A stretch of DNA of 64,000 nucleotides. Source: Malacoraja senta (lineage: Eukaryota). The stretch is taken from positions 6,634,001 through 6,698,000 of the forward strand of contig CM075989.1 of NCBI GenBank assembly GCA_038087875.1, given 5' to 3'. A program made the position numbers and the translations under genes. Positions 37,201 through 49,141 of this stretch are shown here, piece after piece; position 1 is the first letter of the stretch; each line of letters starts with the position of its first letter. The notes below the pieces were generated by a model. It was not told the origin of the DNA and did not search any database. It saw only the letters and a program-made list of their open reading frames with translations.

Positions 37201-38584
37201 TTATTTCATGCCTGTCCCGCTGAGTTACTCCAGCATTTTGTGTCTATCACAGCTGAATGAGGTGGTGGTAGTAGTAAGAGTCATGTCAAAGAGTCATAGA
37301 GGGATACAGCGCAGAAACAGGCCCTTCTGCCCAACTTGCCCACACTGGCCAACATGCCCCAGCTATACTAGTCCCACCTAATATGTGGCAAGATCTCTGG
37401 GAAGGTGGTGTGGAAGAGGTGGTTGGTTTTGGATGATTGGTCTAACGGAGCTCTTCTTCAGTCTGGAAATTGGGGTTTTCAAGCTCCTGTACTTTTTCCC
37501 AGAAGGTAGGAAAGGTAGAAAAGAGAAAAGGGAATGGCCAGGCTGGCGGGCATCCTTGCCGATATTTCCAGCCTTCCCGATGCAACATATTTTAAAGTAA
37601 GGCACTTTAATTTGCCAGGTATGAGTGGGTTTTAGTGGCAGAGCCAGTGCACATTGTGGGGCAACTCTACCACTGCTTCGATCCTGACCACGGTGCCGTC
37701 TGTACAGAGTCCGTACGTTCTTCCCGTGACCGCGTGGGTTTTCCCCGGGCGCTCCGGTTTCCTCCCACATTCCAAAAGACATACAGGTTTGTAGGTTTGA
37801 TTTGGCTCCGGTAAAAATTGTAAGTTGTCCCTGGTGTTTAGGATAGTGCTTGTATACAGGGTAAACGCTGGTCGTCGTGGACTGTACCTTTAAACCACAA
37901 TAAATGCTGCCTATCCTTAATTGCCCTTAAAGGGATTGAGTTGCTGGACAATTTCAGAGGCCGGTTTAACTATAATGGAGTGGGTGGGCACTCACTTGTA
38001 GGTTATTTTAGTCAAGGATTTCCTTCACAATGTCATCAGTGAACCAATTTGGTTTTAGGACATTTTGGAGTTACTGGAAGTTGAGACATGGTTATTTAAT
38101 TAATTGAGTTTAATTTTCCAGCTGCTACAGTGAGATTTTAACCTTGGCTTGAGAATTAATTCAGACACATCTGAGTAGCCCGCAGGAGAGCAATGGTGTG
38201 CACTTATCCGAAGGTCTTCCTATCTATTGGGAAACTTGTCTCCTTATTTAAGGAAAGACTTTTGACCCTCTGGGACTATTTCTCTCAGCTCCTCCGAACA
38301 ACATCAAGGGAAGGAAACACTCGAATCGGGTCAGCAGTGAGGTTGGTAAACTTGTGGTCTGAGAGTCATAGAGTCATACAGCATGGCAACAGGCCCTTCA
38401 GCCCAACTTGCCCATGCCGACCAACATGCCCCATCTACACTAGTTCCACCTGCCTGCATTTGGCCCATATCCCTCTAAACGCTGTTCCATCCATGGATAA
38501 TTCATGTTTAGGGTCGGTGCCCTTCTTCATGAATAGGTGACGTTTTGGGTTGGGACCCTTCTTCGAAATGTCACCCATCCATGT

Positions 38585-38855
38585 TTAGAAATACGACGCA
38601 GAAACAGGCCCTTTGGTCCACGGAGTCTCTAGCTGACCCACTAGCACTATCTTCCACACTGGGGACAATTTACAATTTTTACCAAAGTCAATTAACCTAC
38701 AAACCTGCACGTCTTTAGAGAGTGAGAGGAAACTGGAGCACCCGGAGAAAACGGTCACGGGAAGAAAGTACAAACTCCATACAGACAGCACCCGTAGTCA
38801 GAACCGAACCCGGGACTCTGGTGCTATAAGACAGCAACTCTACCGTTGCGCCACC
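38585..38855 (-). mobile_element. HE1/V-SINE-type SINE inserted in a Penelope-derived module
   Basis: Consensus match; the host module GTCACCCATCCATGT...CCAGAGATGCTG is split around it. Confidence 0.82.
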
Positions 38856-39356
38856 CAAGTTCGCCAGAGATGCTGTCTGACCCTCTGTGTTTGTTTTTGT
38901 AAACCAACATTTGCAGTTCCTTGTCTCTGCCAGAATTTGGTGAGTTACACAGCCCCCTTCCCCTCGTACATGGCAACCTCTCCTGCTGGAGGGAGACGTG
39001 TTGCTTGTATTGTGATCTGTCCTTTTAAAAGCTGCCTGCATAAAACTGTGCACGCTGTGTGACATTGTCATAACAGCGGCAACATACAGCGCATCGACAG
39101 GGAACACTGGGCAGGAACAATGATTCAGCTTGGCATTGCACCGGGAACACACACAACTCTTCACATGCAGGATGCTGCAATCTGAGCAAATGAACCCCAA
39201 GTAGCTGGGGGAACACAGCAGGTCAGGCAGCATCTGTGGAGGGAAATGGACAGACAGCGTTTTGGGTTTCGGGCCGGGACCCTTCTTCAGGCATTCCCTC
39301 CATAGATGCTGCCTGACCCGCAGAGTTCCTCCTGCTGTTTGTTTCTGATTGGAAGT

Positions 39357-39529
39357 TCTCTCTCCTCTCTCTCTCTCTCACTCTCATTCTCTCACACACA
39401 TTCGCTCTCTCACACTTTCTCTCGCAAACACATTCTCCCTTTCTAACACTCTTTCACACACGTACACACACACACACTCTCTATCTCTCTCACGTAGACT
39501 CTCTCTTTCTCTCCCTTACACTCGCTTTC

Positions 39530-39561
<32 letters not shown>

Positions 39562-39702
39562 CCTCTCCCTCTCCCTCTCCCTCTCCCTCTCCCTCTCCCT
39601 CTCTCTCCCCCTCCCCCCCTCCCCCCCTCCTCCCTCCCTCTCTCCTCTTTCTCTCTTTCTCTCTTTCTCTCTTTCTCTCTTTCTCTCTTTCTCTCTTTCC
39701 CT
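39357..39702. repeat. Polypyrimidine compound microsatellite (CT, CTCTCC, CTCTCTTT units)
   Basis: Read directly from the sequence. Confidence 0.95.
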
Positions 39703-42164
39703 CTATGCAACTCCCATAACAATGTTAGGCTGATGCATAACAGTTTCATTGCCAAAATACGATGGGATGCAGCAAATTCTGGGCTCTTGTCCCCAGTTCA
39801 TGAGTCCAGATGTCAAAATTACTTACAAAGATACTGTGGTGATTTGGAGCTTTCTGCAGAGACTTGTTAGAGACACTCATCAGTATTACATGCGGACAAT
39901 ATCAGATAGGCAGACCAGGGATGATTCAGAACTGATTCTTATTCTGTTCCGATGTAGCAAGGTACACCCGTGGTAATACTGGAAGCAGCATAATTAGCCG
40001 CAGAGAAGCCAGAAGAAGGGAGAATCAATCAGGATTCTCGTTATGATTCGCTAAACCAGCAACTCTCCAATCTAGTCAAGGACACATAGAGAGATCGAGT
40101 CAGAGTCGTACAGCGTGGAAACAGGCCATTCAGCTCAACTTGCCCATGCCAACCAAGATGCCAAGATGCCACTAGTCCCATCTGCCTGCATTTGGCCCAT
40201 ATCCCTCAAAACCTTTCCTACCCATAATGTGGATGTAGAGTGACATTGGGACTAAGTTTACCCGGCATAGCCCATTATCCCCAACTGTGGCTAGTATTCT
40301 TTTTTGGAGGCCAATGGATATATTTAAGGCAGTGATAGATAGATTCTTGATTAGTACGGGTGTCAGGGGTTATGGGGAGGAGGCAGGAGAATGGGGTTGG
40401 GAGGGAGAGATAGATCAGCCATGATTGAATGGCGGTGTAGACTCAATGGGCCAAATGGCCTAATTCTGCTTCTATCACTTGTGAACTTATGAATTTAGCC
40501 TTATGTACCAAACTCACAACCAAATGGCAAGTTTCTCCCTCTCGCCCACCAGGTTCACTCTTCAAGAATGGCCATGAGCCTCTATAGCAACTGACTCCAT
40601 CCACCCGACTTGTGGTATAGGGGCAAGAAGGGCCTCGACCCGAAAGGTCACCCATTCCTTCTCTCCAGAGATGCTGCCCGACCCGCTGAGTTACTCCAGC
40701 TTTTTGTGTCTATCTCAGAGGATGATCTTCATTTCAAATACGGGTGCTGTCTGTGCGGAGTTTGTACGTTCTCCCTGTGATCGCTTGGGTTTTCTCTGGG
40801 TGTTCCGGTTTCCTTCCACACTCCAAAGTCGTGCAGGTTTGTAGGTCAATTGGCTTCGGCAAAAAAATGGTAAATTGTCCCTAGTGTGTGTAGAATAGTG
40901 CGAGTGTACGGGGTGATTGCTGCTTGGCACAGCATCGGTGGGCCGAAGGGCCTGTTTCTGCGCCGTATCTCTAAAGAAAAGTAAAAGTGCGTGAATCTCC
41001 CGTAGCCTTTAATATGCACAGGACGGATGGAAGTGGGACAAACATCCACATATCGTTTGAAGATGTTTTTACACTGCATCCAAATGCCATCTCCCTGATC
41101 TGCAAGTGCTTAATAAGGCAAGCCGGAGGGATATACACTCAAGACCAAAATTAAGCTCGACCAGTGAAAGTTTAATGAAGCAGTACAAATGAAATCAAAT
41201 TCCGCATTCAAACGGATACAGCGTGAAAGTGGACAATTTTCCAAGTCCAGTAGTAAATGATAATTTCCCCATTTACCTTGGATCTTTAATTTGACATTAC
41301 GATCCTGAAGTAATTCGCAGGAATACAAAAAAGCCAAGAACATGAGATCAGCAGGTGTTAAACCTGCCCTTTCATTCAACTTAAACATGGCCAGGTCTGG
41401 TCCAGACCTCTGTGCCAACTTCTGTGCCTGATCCCCATAGCTGAGTCTCGACCCGAAAACGTCACCCATTCCTTCTCTCCAGAGATGCTGCCTGTCCCGC
41501 TGAGTTACTCCAGAATTTTGTGTCTATCTTCGATTTAAACCAGCACCTGCAGTCCTTTTAAATGTTTAATGTCTTATGCGTCAATCCTAACTGTCACTGT
41601 ATGTCATGTTGTCACTTGCGGGCGGAGCACCAAGGCAAATTCCTTGTATGTGAATATATTTGGCCAATAAACTTATTCATTCATTTCAACACAAAAAAAA
41701 CTATCTATCTCCTTTAAATACCTCCCTTTGCAGTGATCCATCCTCCACAATCCCAGAGGGTAGATCATTTCAGAGGTGCACCATCGTCTTTGAGAAGGAC
41801 TTCCTAAGCCTCTTATTTTTAAATATCTGCCCCCATCCCCCCCCCCCCTCCCCGAACTTGTAGCTGTGTTCCCTTGTTTGGGATTGTCCCACGACTGGAC
41901 AATCCCCAACATCTACTCTGTCAGGCTCCTTCAGCATCTGGAGTGTTTCAATAAGATGACCCCTCAATCTTATACAGTCCAAAGAATAGATATCTGATAG
42001 ATACAAGTAACTGCAGATGCTGGTTTGCAAAAACAAATGACACAAAGTGCTGGAGTAACTCAGTGGGTCAGGCAGCATTTCTGGAGAACATGGATAGCCT
42101 TCTATAGACATATTTTATAGAGGTATATGGATGGAATAACCCTCCTATCCCTGGGCTTAGCAAA

Positions 42165-42700
42165 CACAGTGGTGCAGTAGATAGAGCTGCGGCCTCACGG
42201 CACCAGAGACCTGGATTATATCCTGACCTTGGGTGCTGTCTGTGTGGAGTTTGCACTTCTCCCCATGACCATGAGGGTTTCCTCCCACATCCCAAAGATG
42301 TGTGGGTTTGGAGGTTAATTGGCCTCAGTAGATTGTCCCTACTGTGTGGGGAGTGTATGCGAAAGCGGGATTACATAAAACTAGTGGTGAACATAGGATC
42401 GATGGTTAGCATGGGCATCGTGGGCCGAAGGGCCTGTTTGTGTGGTGTATCTCTAAATAAACTGTGTGGGGTTTGCCCATGCCCCCTGTGAGTCTGTGGG
42501 CTTCCTTCGGGTGCTCCCGTTTCCCCCCACATCCCAAAAGCTGTGCGTGTTTTGAGGTTAATTGCCCTCTGTAAAATTACCCCTAAATATGTGGGGGGTG
42601 AATGAGAAAATGGGATAGCATAGAACTGATGGTGATGGATGTTTGGTGTGAGCCTGGTGGGCCGAAGGGCCTGTTCCAATGTTGTACCTCTAAATTAAAT
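42165..42700 (+). mobile_element. Two tandem HE1/V-SINE-type SINEs
   Basis: Two V-domains and two GGGCCGAAGGGCCTGTT tails. Confidence 0.8.
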
Positions 42701-42886
42701 ACCACAAAGGGCGATATAATGATGATGAGCAAAAGCTAAATAAAGCACCCAGGATTTACGGAGCATCTTAAAGACGGAAGCAGAAGTTGACAGGAAAAGA
42801 AGTTCAGGGGGGGGGGGAGATTTTGTGGCCAGGGGTCCGGGCAGCGTTTAGGTGAGAGGATGGCCAAGAAAGTGGAATTCAGGCCA

Positions 42887-43527
42887 GGATGGAGTGGATG
42901 TGGAGAGGATGTTTCCACTGGTGGGAGAGTCTAGGACCAGAGGTCATAGCCTCAGAATTAAATTATGTTCCTTTAGGAAGGAGATGAGGAAACAGAATAA
43001 GAATTTAAGAATTAGAGGTAAACCATTTAGAACGGAGATGAGGAAACACTTTTTCACACAGAGAGTTGTGAGTCTGTGGAATTCTCTGCCTCAGAGGGCG
43101 GTGGAGGCCAGTTCTCTGGATACTTTCAAGAGAGAGCTAGATAGGGCTCTTAAAGATAGCGGAGTCAGGGGATATGGGGAGAAGGCAGGAACGGGGTACT
43201 GATTGGGGATGATCAGCCATGATCACATTGAATGGCGATGTTGGCTCAAAGGGCCGAATTGCCTACTCCTGCACCTATTGTCTATTGAGGAGGAATTTCC
43301 TTAGTCAAAAGGTGGTGAATCTGTGGAATTCATTGCCACAGAAGGTTGTGGAGGCCAAGTCAGTGGATATTTTAAAAGCAGAGATAGATAGATTCTTGAT
43401 TAGTACTGGTGTCAGGGATTATGGGGAGAAGGCAGGAGAATGGGGTTACGAGGGAAAGTTAGATCAGCCATGATTGAATGGCGGAGTAGACTTGATGGGC
43501 TGAATGGCCTAATTCTGCTCCTATCAC
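42887..43527 (+). mobile_element. Nested CR1 fragments: one subfamily (about 42991-43284) inside another
   Basis: Host sequence GAGATGAGGAGGAATTTC is split, with TGAGGA on both sides of the inner copy; two different 3'UTRs occur in series. Confidence 0.85.
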
Positions 43528-43856
43528 AAGAGCATGATCCTCTTCTCAGGGTTATAGGGTTAGAAGAGATTATAGAGATAGGGAGAAGGTTCAGACTATG
43601 GAGTGATTTGAAAAGCAGGGTGAAGATTGTATGGATGAAGTCAGTGTAAGACATCAAGCAGTGTAACTTGCATGGAGCAGCGCGTGCAGTTCTGGTCACC
43701 CCAATACAGGAAGGATGTGGAGGCTTTGGAAAGGGTGCAGAAGAGGTTAACCAGAATGCCGCCTGGATTAGATGGCATTAGCTATAAGGAGATGTTGGAC
43801 AGACTTGAATTATTTTCTAAAAAAAAAAGCATGGTTGACGGTTTGAGCTCACGAAA

Positions 43857-44082
43857 TGTGTAGGAAGGAACTGCAGATGCTGGTTTAAACAGAAGATAGA
43901 CACAAAATGCTGGAGTAACTCAGCGGGACAGGCAGCATCTCTGGACAGAAGGAATGAGTGATGTTTTGGGTCGAGATCCTTTTTCAGTCTGAAGAATGGT
44001 CTCGACCCGAAACACCAACCATTCCTTCTGTCCAGAGATGCTGCCTGTCCCACTGTGTTACTCCAGCATTTTGTGTCTACCT
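43857..44082. mobile_element. Penelope-derived head-to-head palindromic element (further copies near 670-838, 2652-2800, 4640-5015, 17716-17860, 20622-20825, 24085-24250, 39215-39340, 46265-46445, 48310-48460, 54005-54255, 63486-63645)
   Basis: Arms meet at TTCAGTCTGAA; both arms carry the same variant CTGGACAGAAGG / CCTTCTGTCCAG. Confidence 0.8.
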
Positions 44083-44564
44083 ATGGTTTCAACTCAGATG
44101 AGTAGTGGTTAGATCACGCCCAGACCCATAAGCTTATGAAAATGCCACAACCATCCACGGCTCCAAAACGGATCAACTTCTAACTCCTCATCTTATTCCC
44201 CCTGTTGGGACAATATCTGGCTGAAGAAACATTATTTACAAAAATGCCACTCCATTTTCAACTCTTCCCTTGTGCGCTTTGCATTTGTGATTAGCCATTT
44301 ATTGATCTTCCGTACTGAGCCTGATTTAATGGCACTGTAGATGGCAAATAAATGACTGCGGTATGATTTAATAGTCCTTTTCAAAAAGAAAAATGATTTG
44401 ACTTAATTAATTAGAGGAACTCAAACACAGCAGAATGGATTTCCATCAATAGTTCTCGAGTTTGGTCTCAGGGGAGCCAGGGAAATACAACACTGCAATG
44501 CACAAACTACGAACAACTTACTCCAGCTGCCCAGTCAGGAGCCAGCGCTGATATTTATTAAGAC

Positions 44565-44962
44565 TCTACTCGCTGGAGTTTGGAAGGATGAGGGGAACCT
44601 CATTGAAACCTACCGAATAGTGAAAGTCCTGGATAGAGTGGAGTGGAGAGGAAGTTTCCACCAGTGGGCAGATGTCCTTGCCTCAGAATTAAAGGACGTT
44701 CCTTTAGGAAGGAGGTGAGGAGGGATTTCTTTAGTTAGAGGATGGTGAATCTGTGGAATTATTTGCCACAGAAGGCTGTGGAGGGCAAGTCAATGGATAT
44801 TTTTAGGCAGAGTTAGATAGATTCTTGATTAGTACGGGTGTCAGGGGTATGGGGAGAAGGCAGGAGAGTGGGGTTAGGAGGGAAAGATGGATCAGCTATG
44901 ATTGAATGGTGGAGTAGAATTGATGGACCGAATGACCTACTTCTGTTCCTCGAACTTATGAA
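44565..44962 (+). mobile_element. CR1 LINE 3' fragment
   Basis: LYSLEFGRMRG...; GTGAATCTGTGGAATT; CR1 3'UTR. Confidence 0.85.
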
Positions 44963-45096
44963 GGCGGTTCATCCATGAAGCCATGCCAAATCTTGGAAAG
45001 GGCTGGTATTCAAGTGGATCTACTTGTGAGAATGCAATAATGCAGTGCGCAATTTATTGAGTAATATTCGGAAGTCTGGACCATCGATTCAAGGAC

Positions 45097-45378
45097 AAGT
45101 GGCGCAGTTGGTAGATCGCTGCCTCACAGTGCCAGAGACCCAGGTTTGACCCTGACCTGAGGTGCTGACTGTGCAGAGTTTGCACGTTCTCCCTGTGACT
45201 GCGTGGATTTACTCTGGATGCTCCAGTTTCTGCCCACATCCTAAAGACATGCAGACTTGTAAGTTAATTGGTTGTCTCCTAGTGTTTAGGGATTGGGTGT
45301 GAAAGTGGGAAAAGATAGAACGATGGTCAGCGTGGACTTGGGCTGAAGGGCCTGTTTCCATTAACTCTAGACTAAACT
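45097..45378 (+). mobile_element. HE1/V-SINE-type SINE
   Basis: Head, V-domain and tail. Confidence 0.85.
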
Positions 45379-45506
45379 GAGGTGTTCAAAGCAACTGCAG
45401 AATTTATATCCATGTTTTTAAACGTAAAAAAATAAATCTGGAATTGAAGCTAGAGGAGTTCCTGATTAGAAGTGGTTTACATAAGGGTATAAGGAATGGT
45501 GCCAAT

Positions 45507-45960
45507 GGTGTGGGCAGTGGGCAGGTGCTATAGACCTGCACGGGAAGGTGGACGCTCCCGCCCCCACGAGTCTCGGGCAGATGGGGCTCGTCAGCCTGGG
45601 AAGGCAGTCCATCTAGGAGAGGGAAAACTCTGATTTAAAACCTCCATTGCCTTGTGGCCATATCCAGTCATGGAAAAGGCTCCAGGAGTAAACCACAAGA
45701 TTTATTCTGGAGTCGGAGCCCCTAAGGCAGTTCGTCGTTGCCTACAACCTCGCTCTGGCAGCTCCTGCGACGGCGCTGGTGCCAAACTGTAACGGCCCTG
45801 CTGTTCCTTTGGACCGATCAGCGACGTGGAGAGGGGGACGTGCTGCATGGGCAACAGCCTGTCCTCCATATAACATCGCCCAGGCTTGCATCCGACAAAC
45901 TAGGATGCATCACCCATGGTCAGTCATGACCGAGGGGGGGGGGGGGGGGGGGCCTACTAC
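45507..45960 (+). mobile_element. Short non-autonomous retroposon, probably RTE-clade derived
   Basis: Imperfect TSD GAATGGTGC(C/G)AAT (45494-45506, 45967-45979, extendable 5' to about 19 bp); CTACTAC tail; internal GGCAGTCCATCTAGGAGAGGGAAAACTCTGATT resembles RTE 5'UTRs (recalled). Confidence 0.55.
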
Positions 45961-46524
45961 TATACAGAATGGTGCGAATATTCAAGAGAATGGCATCAAG
46001 GGTGAGTAACTGCAGTTACTTGGAGACTTGGGTTTATTCTCCAAAGGCTGGAGAAGGTTGTATGGTGAGTTATTGAAAGGGTTTAGAATTATTAATTGAA
46101 TAAATTCAGAGAAACAGTTCCCACTGCCTGCACATTCCCCACTGACTCATACACCATCTGACTTGCAAGTGTGGAGGCACAAGAGACAGCAGGTGCTGAA
46201 AGCAGACAGGAGAAACATACAAAGTGGCCGGAGAAACTCAGTATGTCAGGCTACAGATATAAATTGAACTCTACCAGTGGCATAGATAGACATAAAATGG
46301 TGGAGTAACTCAGCGGGTCAGGCAGCATCTCTGGGGAAAAAGGATGGGTGATGTTTCAGGTTGAGACCATTATTCAGACCTTAACAAGGTCTGAATTACT
46401 CCGCTTTTTGTGTCTACCTTCGGTGAACTGCAGTTCCTTCCTACACATTATTGCATTGATTCTGGGTTCTACAGGGAATTAGGGGAATCTCAGAGGGGAA
46501 TTTAGGATGATGAATGCCATTCTA

Positions 46525-47974
46525 CAGTGCATTCAGAAAGTATTCAGACCCCTTCACTTTTTTCACATTTTGTTACGTTACAGCCTTATTCTAAAATGGA
46601 TTATATTCATTTTTTTTAATCATCAATCTACACACAATACCCGATCATAAAAAAAGCGAAAACAGGTGTTTAGAAATTTTTGCAAAGTAATTAAAAAGAA
46701 AAAACTGAAATATCACATTTACATAAGTACATCAGACCCTTTACTCAGTGTTTTGTTGAGGCCCCTTTGGCAGCGATTACAGCCTCAAGTCATCTTGGGT
46801 ATGATGCTACAAGCTGGGCACACCTGTATTTGGGTAATTTCTCCCATTCTTCTCTGCAGATCCTCTCAAGCTCTGTCAGGTTGGATGGGGAGCGTCGATG
46901 CACAGCTATTTTCAGGTCCCTCCAGAGATGTTCGATCGGGTTCAAGTCCGGGCTCTGGCTGGGCCACTCAAGGACATTCACAGACTTGTCACGAAGCCAC
47001 TCCTGCGTTGTCTTGGCTGTGTGCTTAGGGTCGTTGTCCTGTTGGAAGGTGAACCTCCGCCCCAGTCTGAGGTCCAGAACGTTCTGGAGCAGGTTTTCAT
47101 CAAGGATCTCTGTACTTTGCTCCGTTCATCTTTCCCTCGATCCTGACTAGTCTCCCAGTTCCTGCCGCTGAAAAACATCCCCACAGCATGATGCTGCCAC
47201 CACCATGCTTCACCGTAGGTATGGTATTGGCCAGGTGATGAGCGGTGCCTGGTTTCCTCCAGATGTGACGCTTGGCATTCAGGCCAAAGAGTTCAATCTT
47301 GGTTTCATCAGACCAGAGAATCTAATTTCTCATGGTCTGAGAGTCCTTTAGGTGCCTTTTGGCAAACTCCAAGCGGGCTGTCATGGGCCCTTTACTGAGG
47401 AGTGGCTTCCATCTGGCCACTCTACCATAAAGGTCTGATTGGTGGAGTGCTGCCGATATAGTTGTCCTTCTGGAAGGTTCTCCCATCTCCACAGAGGAAC
47501 TCTGGAGCTCTGTCAGAGTGACCACCGGGTTCTTGGTCACCTCCCTGACCAAGGCCGTTCTCCCCCAATTGCTCAATTTCATCTCTGGAGGGACCTGAAA
47601 ATAGCTGTGCATCGACGCTCCCCATGCAACTTGACAGAGCTTGAGAGGATCTGCAGAGAAGAATGGGAGAAATTACCCAAATACAGGTGTGCCAAGCTTG
47701 TAGCGTCATACCCAAGAAGACTTGAGGCTGTAATCGCTGCCAAAGGTGCCTCAACAAAATACTGAGTAAAGGGTCTGAATACTTTGTGACATTTAAGTTA
47801 TTTATTTTTAATTACTTTGCAAAAACCTCGAAACATCCGTTTTCGCTCCTTCATTCTGGGGTATTGCGTGCAGATTGATGATAAAAAAATGAATTGAATC
47901 CATTTTAACACAAGGCTGTAACGTAACATAAAGTGGAAAAAGTGAAGGGGTCAGAATACTTTCTAAATGCACTG
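46525..47974 (-). mobile_element. Tc1-family DNA transposon, rearranged: 5' end replaced by an inverted copy of the 3' end
   Basis: TA|CAGTGCATTCAGAAAGTATTCAGACCCC ... GGGGTCAGAATACTTTCTAAATGCACTG|TA termini; about 400 bp inverted arms; internal transposase remnant. Confidence 0.93.
46745..47578 (-). pseudogene. Tc1 transposase pseudogene (DD34E), N-terminally truncated, with stops and a frameshift
   Basis: Motifs [69 protein letters not shown]; 34 residues between the second D and E; in-frame stop at 47322-47324. Confidence 0.92.
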
Positions 47975-48801
47975 TACATCTGATGGAGAACTGTGCCTGT
48001 TTGTTGCTGTGACTCGGGCAATCAGTTTAAACCGTCTGTACTCCATTTTAACATTGGACTGCACCAGAATCTGCGCCATATAAGTGCTGCAGGAGGAATA
48101 AAGGAACAATTTATGCGGATTTAAAATCCCTCCATGACCTTCATTCCATCAGGCTTCAGAGGTTTCACGAGTCCTTTGTTCCCGGGTGTTCTCTCCAAGT
48201 GAAGTGCAAGCTGCAAAGTGTTGATTCTGCCAGGGTTATGCAGCTTATGGAGAGGGAGGTGACCCACAGTGATTAGAAGGGTGCAGAATAGCAAACAGAC
48301 ATCAACTGAAGATGGACACAAAACGCTGGAGAAACTCAGCGGGACAGGCAGTATCCCTGGAGAGAAGGAATGGGTGACGTTTCAGGTCGAGACCCTTCTT
48401 CCTCGACCCCATTTTATGTCAATCTTCAGTTTAAACCAGCATCTGTAGTTCCTTCCTGCACAAACATCATCTGATATTTTCTCCAAATTAAATTCTCCTC
48501 AGCAGCACCAGTGCAAGATTTGCCGTCAAAGAGTCGACTTCCGAAGAAGAGGTTGTACACAGATTGTTTTCTCAGGAATGTTGGCGGTAGAGGGGAGATT
48601 TGATAGAAGGCTACAAAATGATGAAAGGCATAGATAGGGTAGACAGTCAGAACCTTTTCCCCAGTGTGGAAATGTCCAATACTAGAGGGCGTAGCTATAA
48701 GGTGAGAGGGGGAAAATGTAATGGAGATGTACAGAGCAAGTTTTATCTATTATTTATCTGAGCTCATCCCACTTGCTTGACTTTGGCAAACATCTCACCA
48801 A

Positions 48802-49141
48802 TGGGCCTGTCCCACTTACGCAACCCTTTCGGCGACTGCCGGCACCCGTCATAGGTCATTGCAGGTCGGCGAAAATTGTCAACATGTTGAGAATTCAGCG
48901 GCGACCAGAAAGGCGCTACGGCCCTTTGTGCGACTGAGGAGACGACTCACGACCATACAGGCGACACCCTGGCGACATGTCGCGGGGTGAAGCCTGTATG
49001 GTCGTGAGTAGTCGCCCAAAGAGTCGTACCTTGTTCTGGTCGCCGCTGGATTTTCAACATGTTGACAATTTTCAACGACCTGCTGCGACTATGACGGGTG
49101 CCGGCAGTCGCCGAAAAAATCGCGTATGTGGGACAGGCCCA
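48802..49141. mobile_element. Harbinger-like MITE, subfamily D, palindromic
   Basis: TIR TGGGCCTGTCCCAC...GTGGGACAGGCCCA with long internal inverted arms (TTCGGCGACTGCCGGCACCCGTCATAG); flanks CAA and TAA. Confidence 0.85.

Noticed and set aside
39827..39853. Possible 27-nt minus-strand microexon (ctgcAG ... GTAAGT)
   Set aside because: Splice signals are plausible, but no partner exons or recognisable peptide; such matches are expected by chance.
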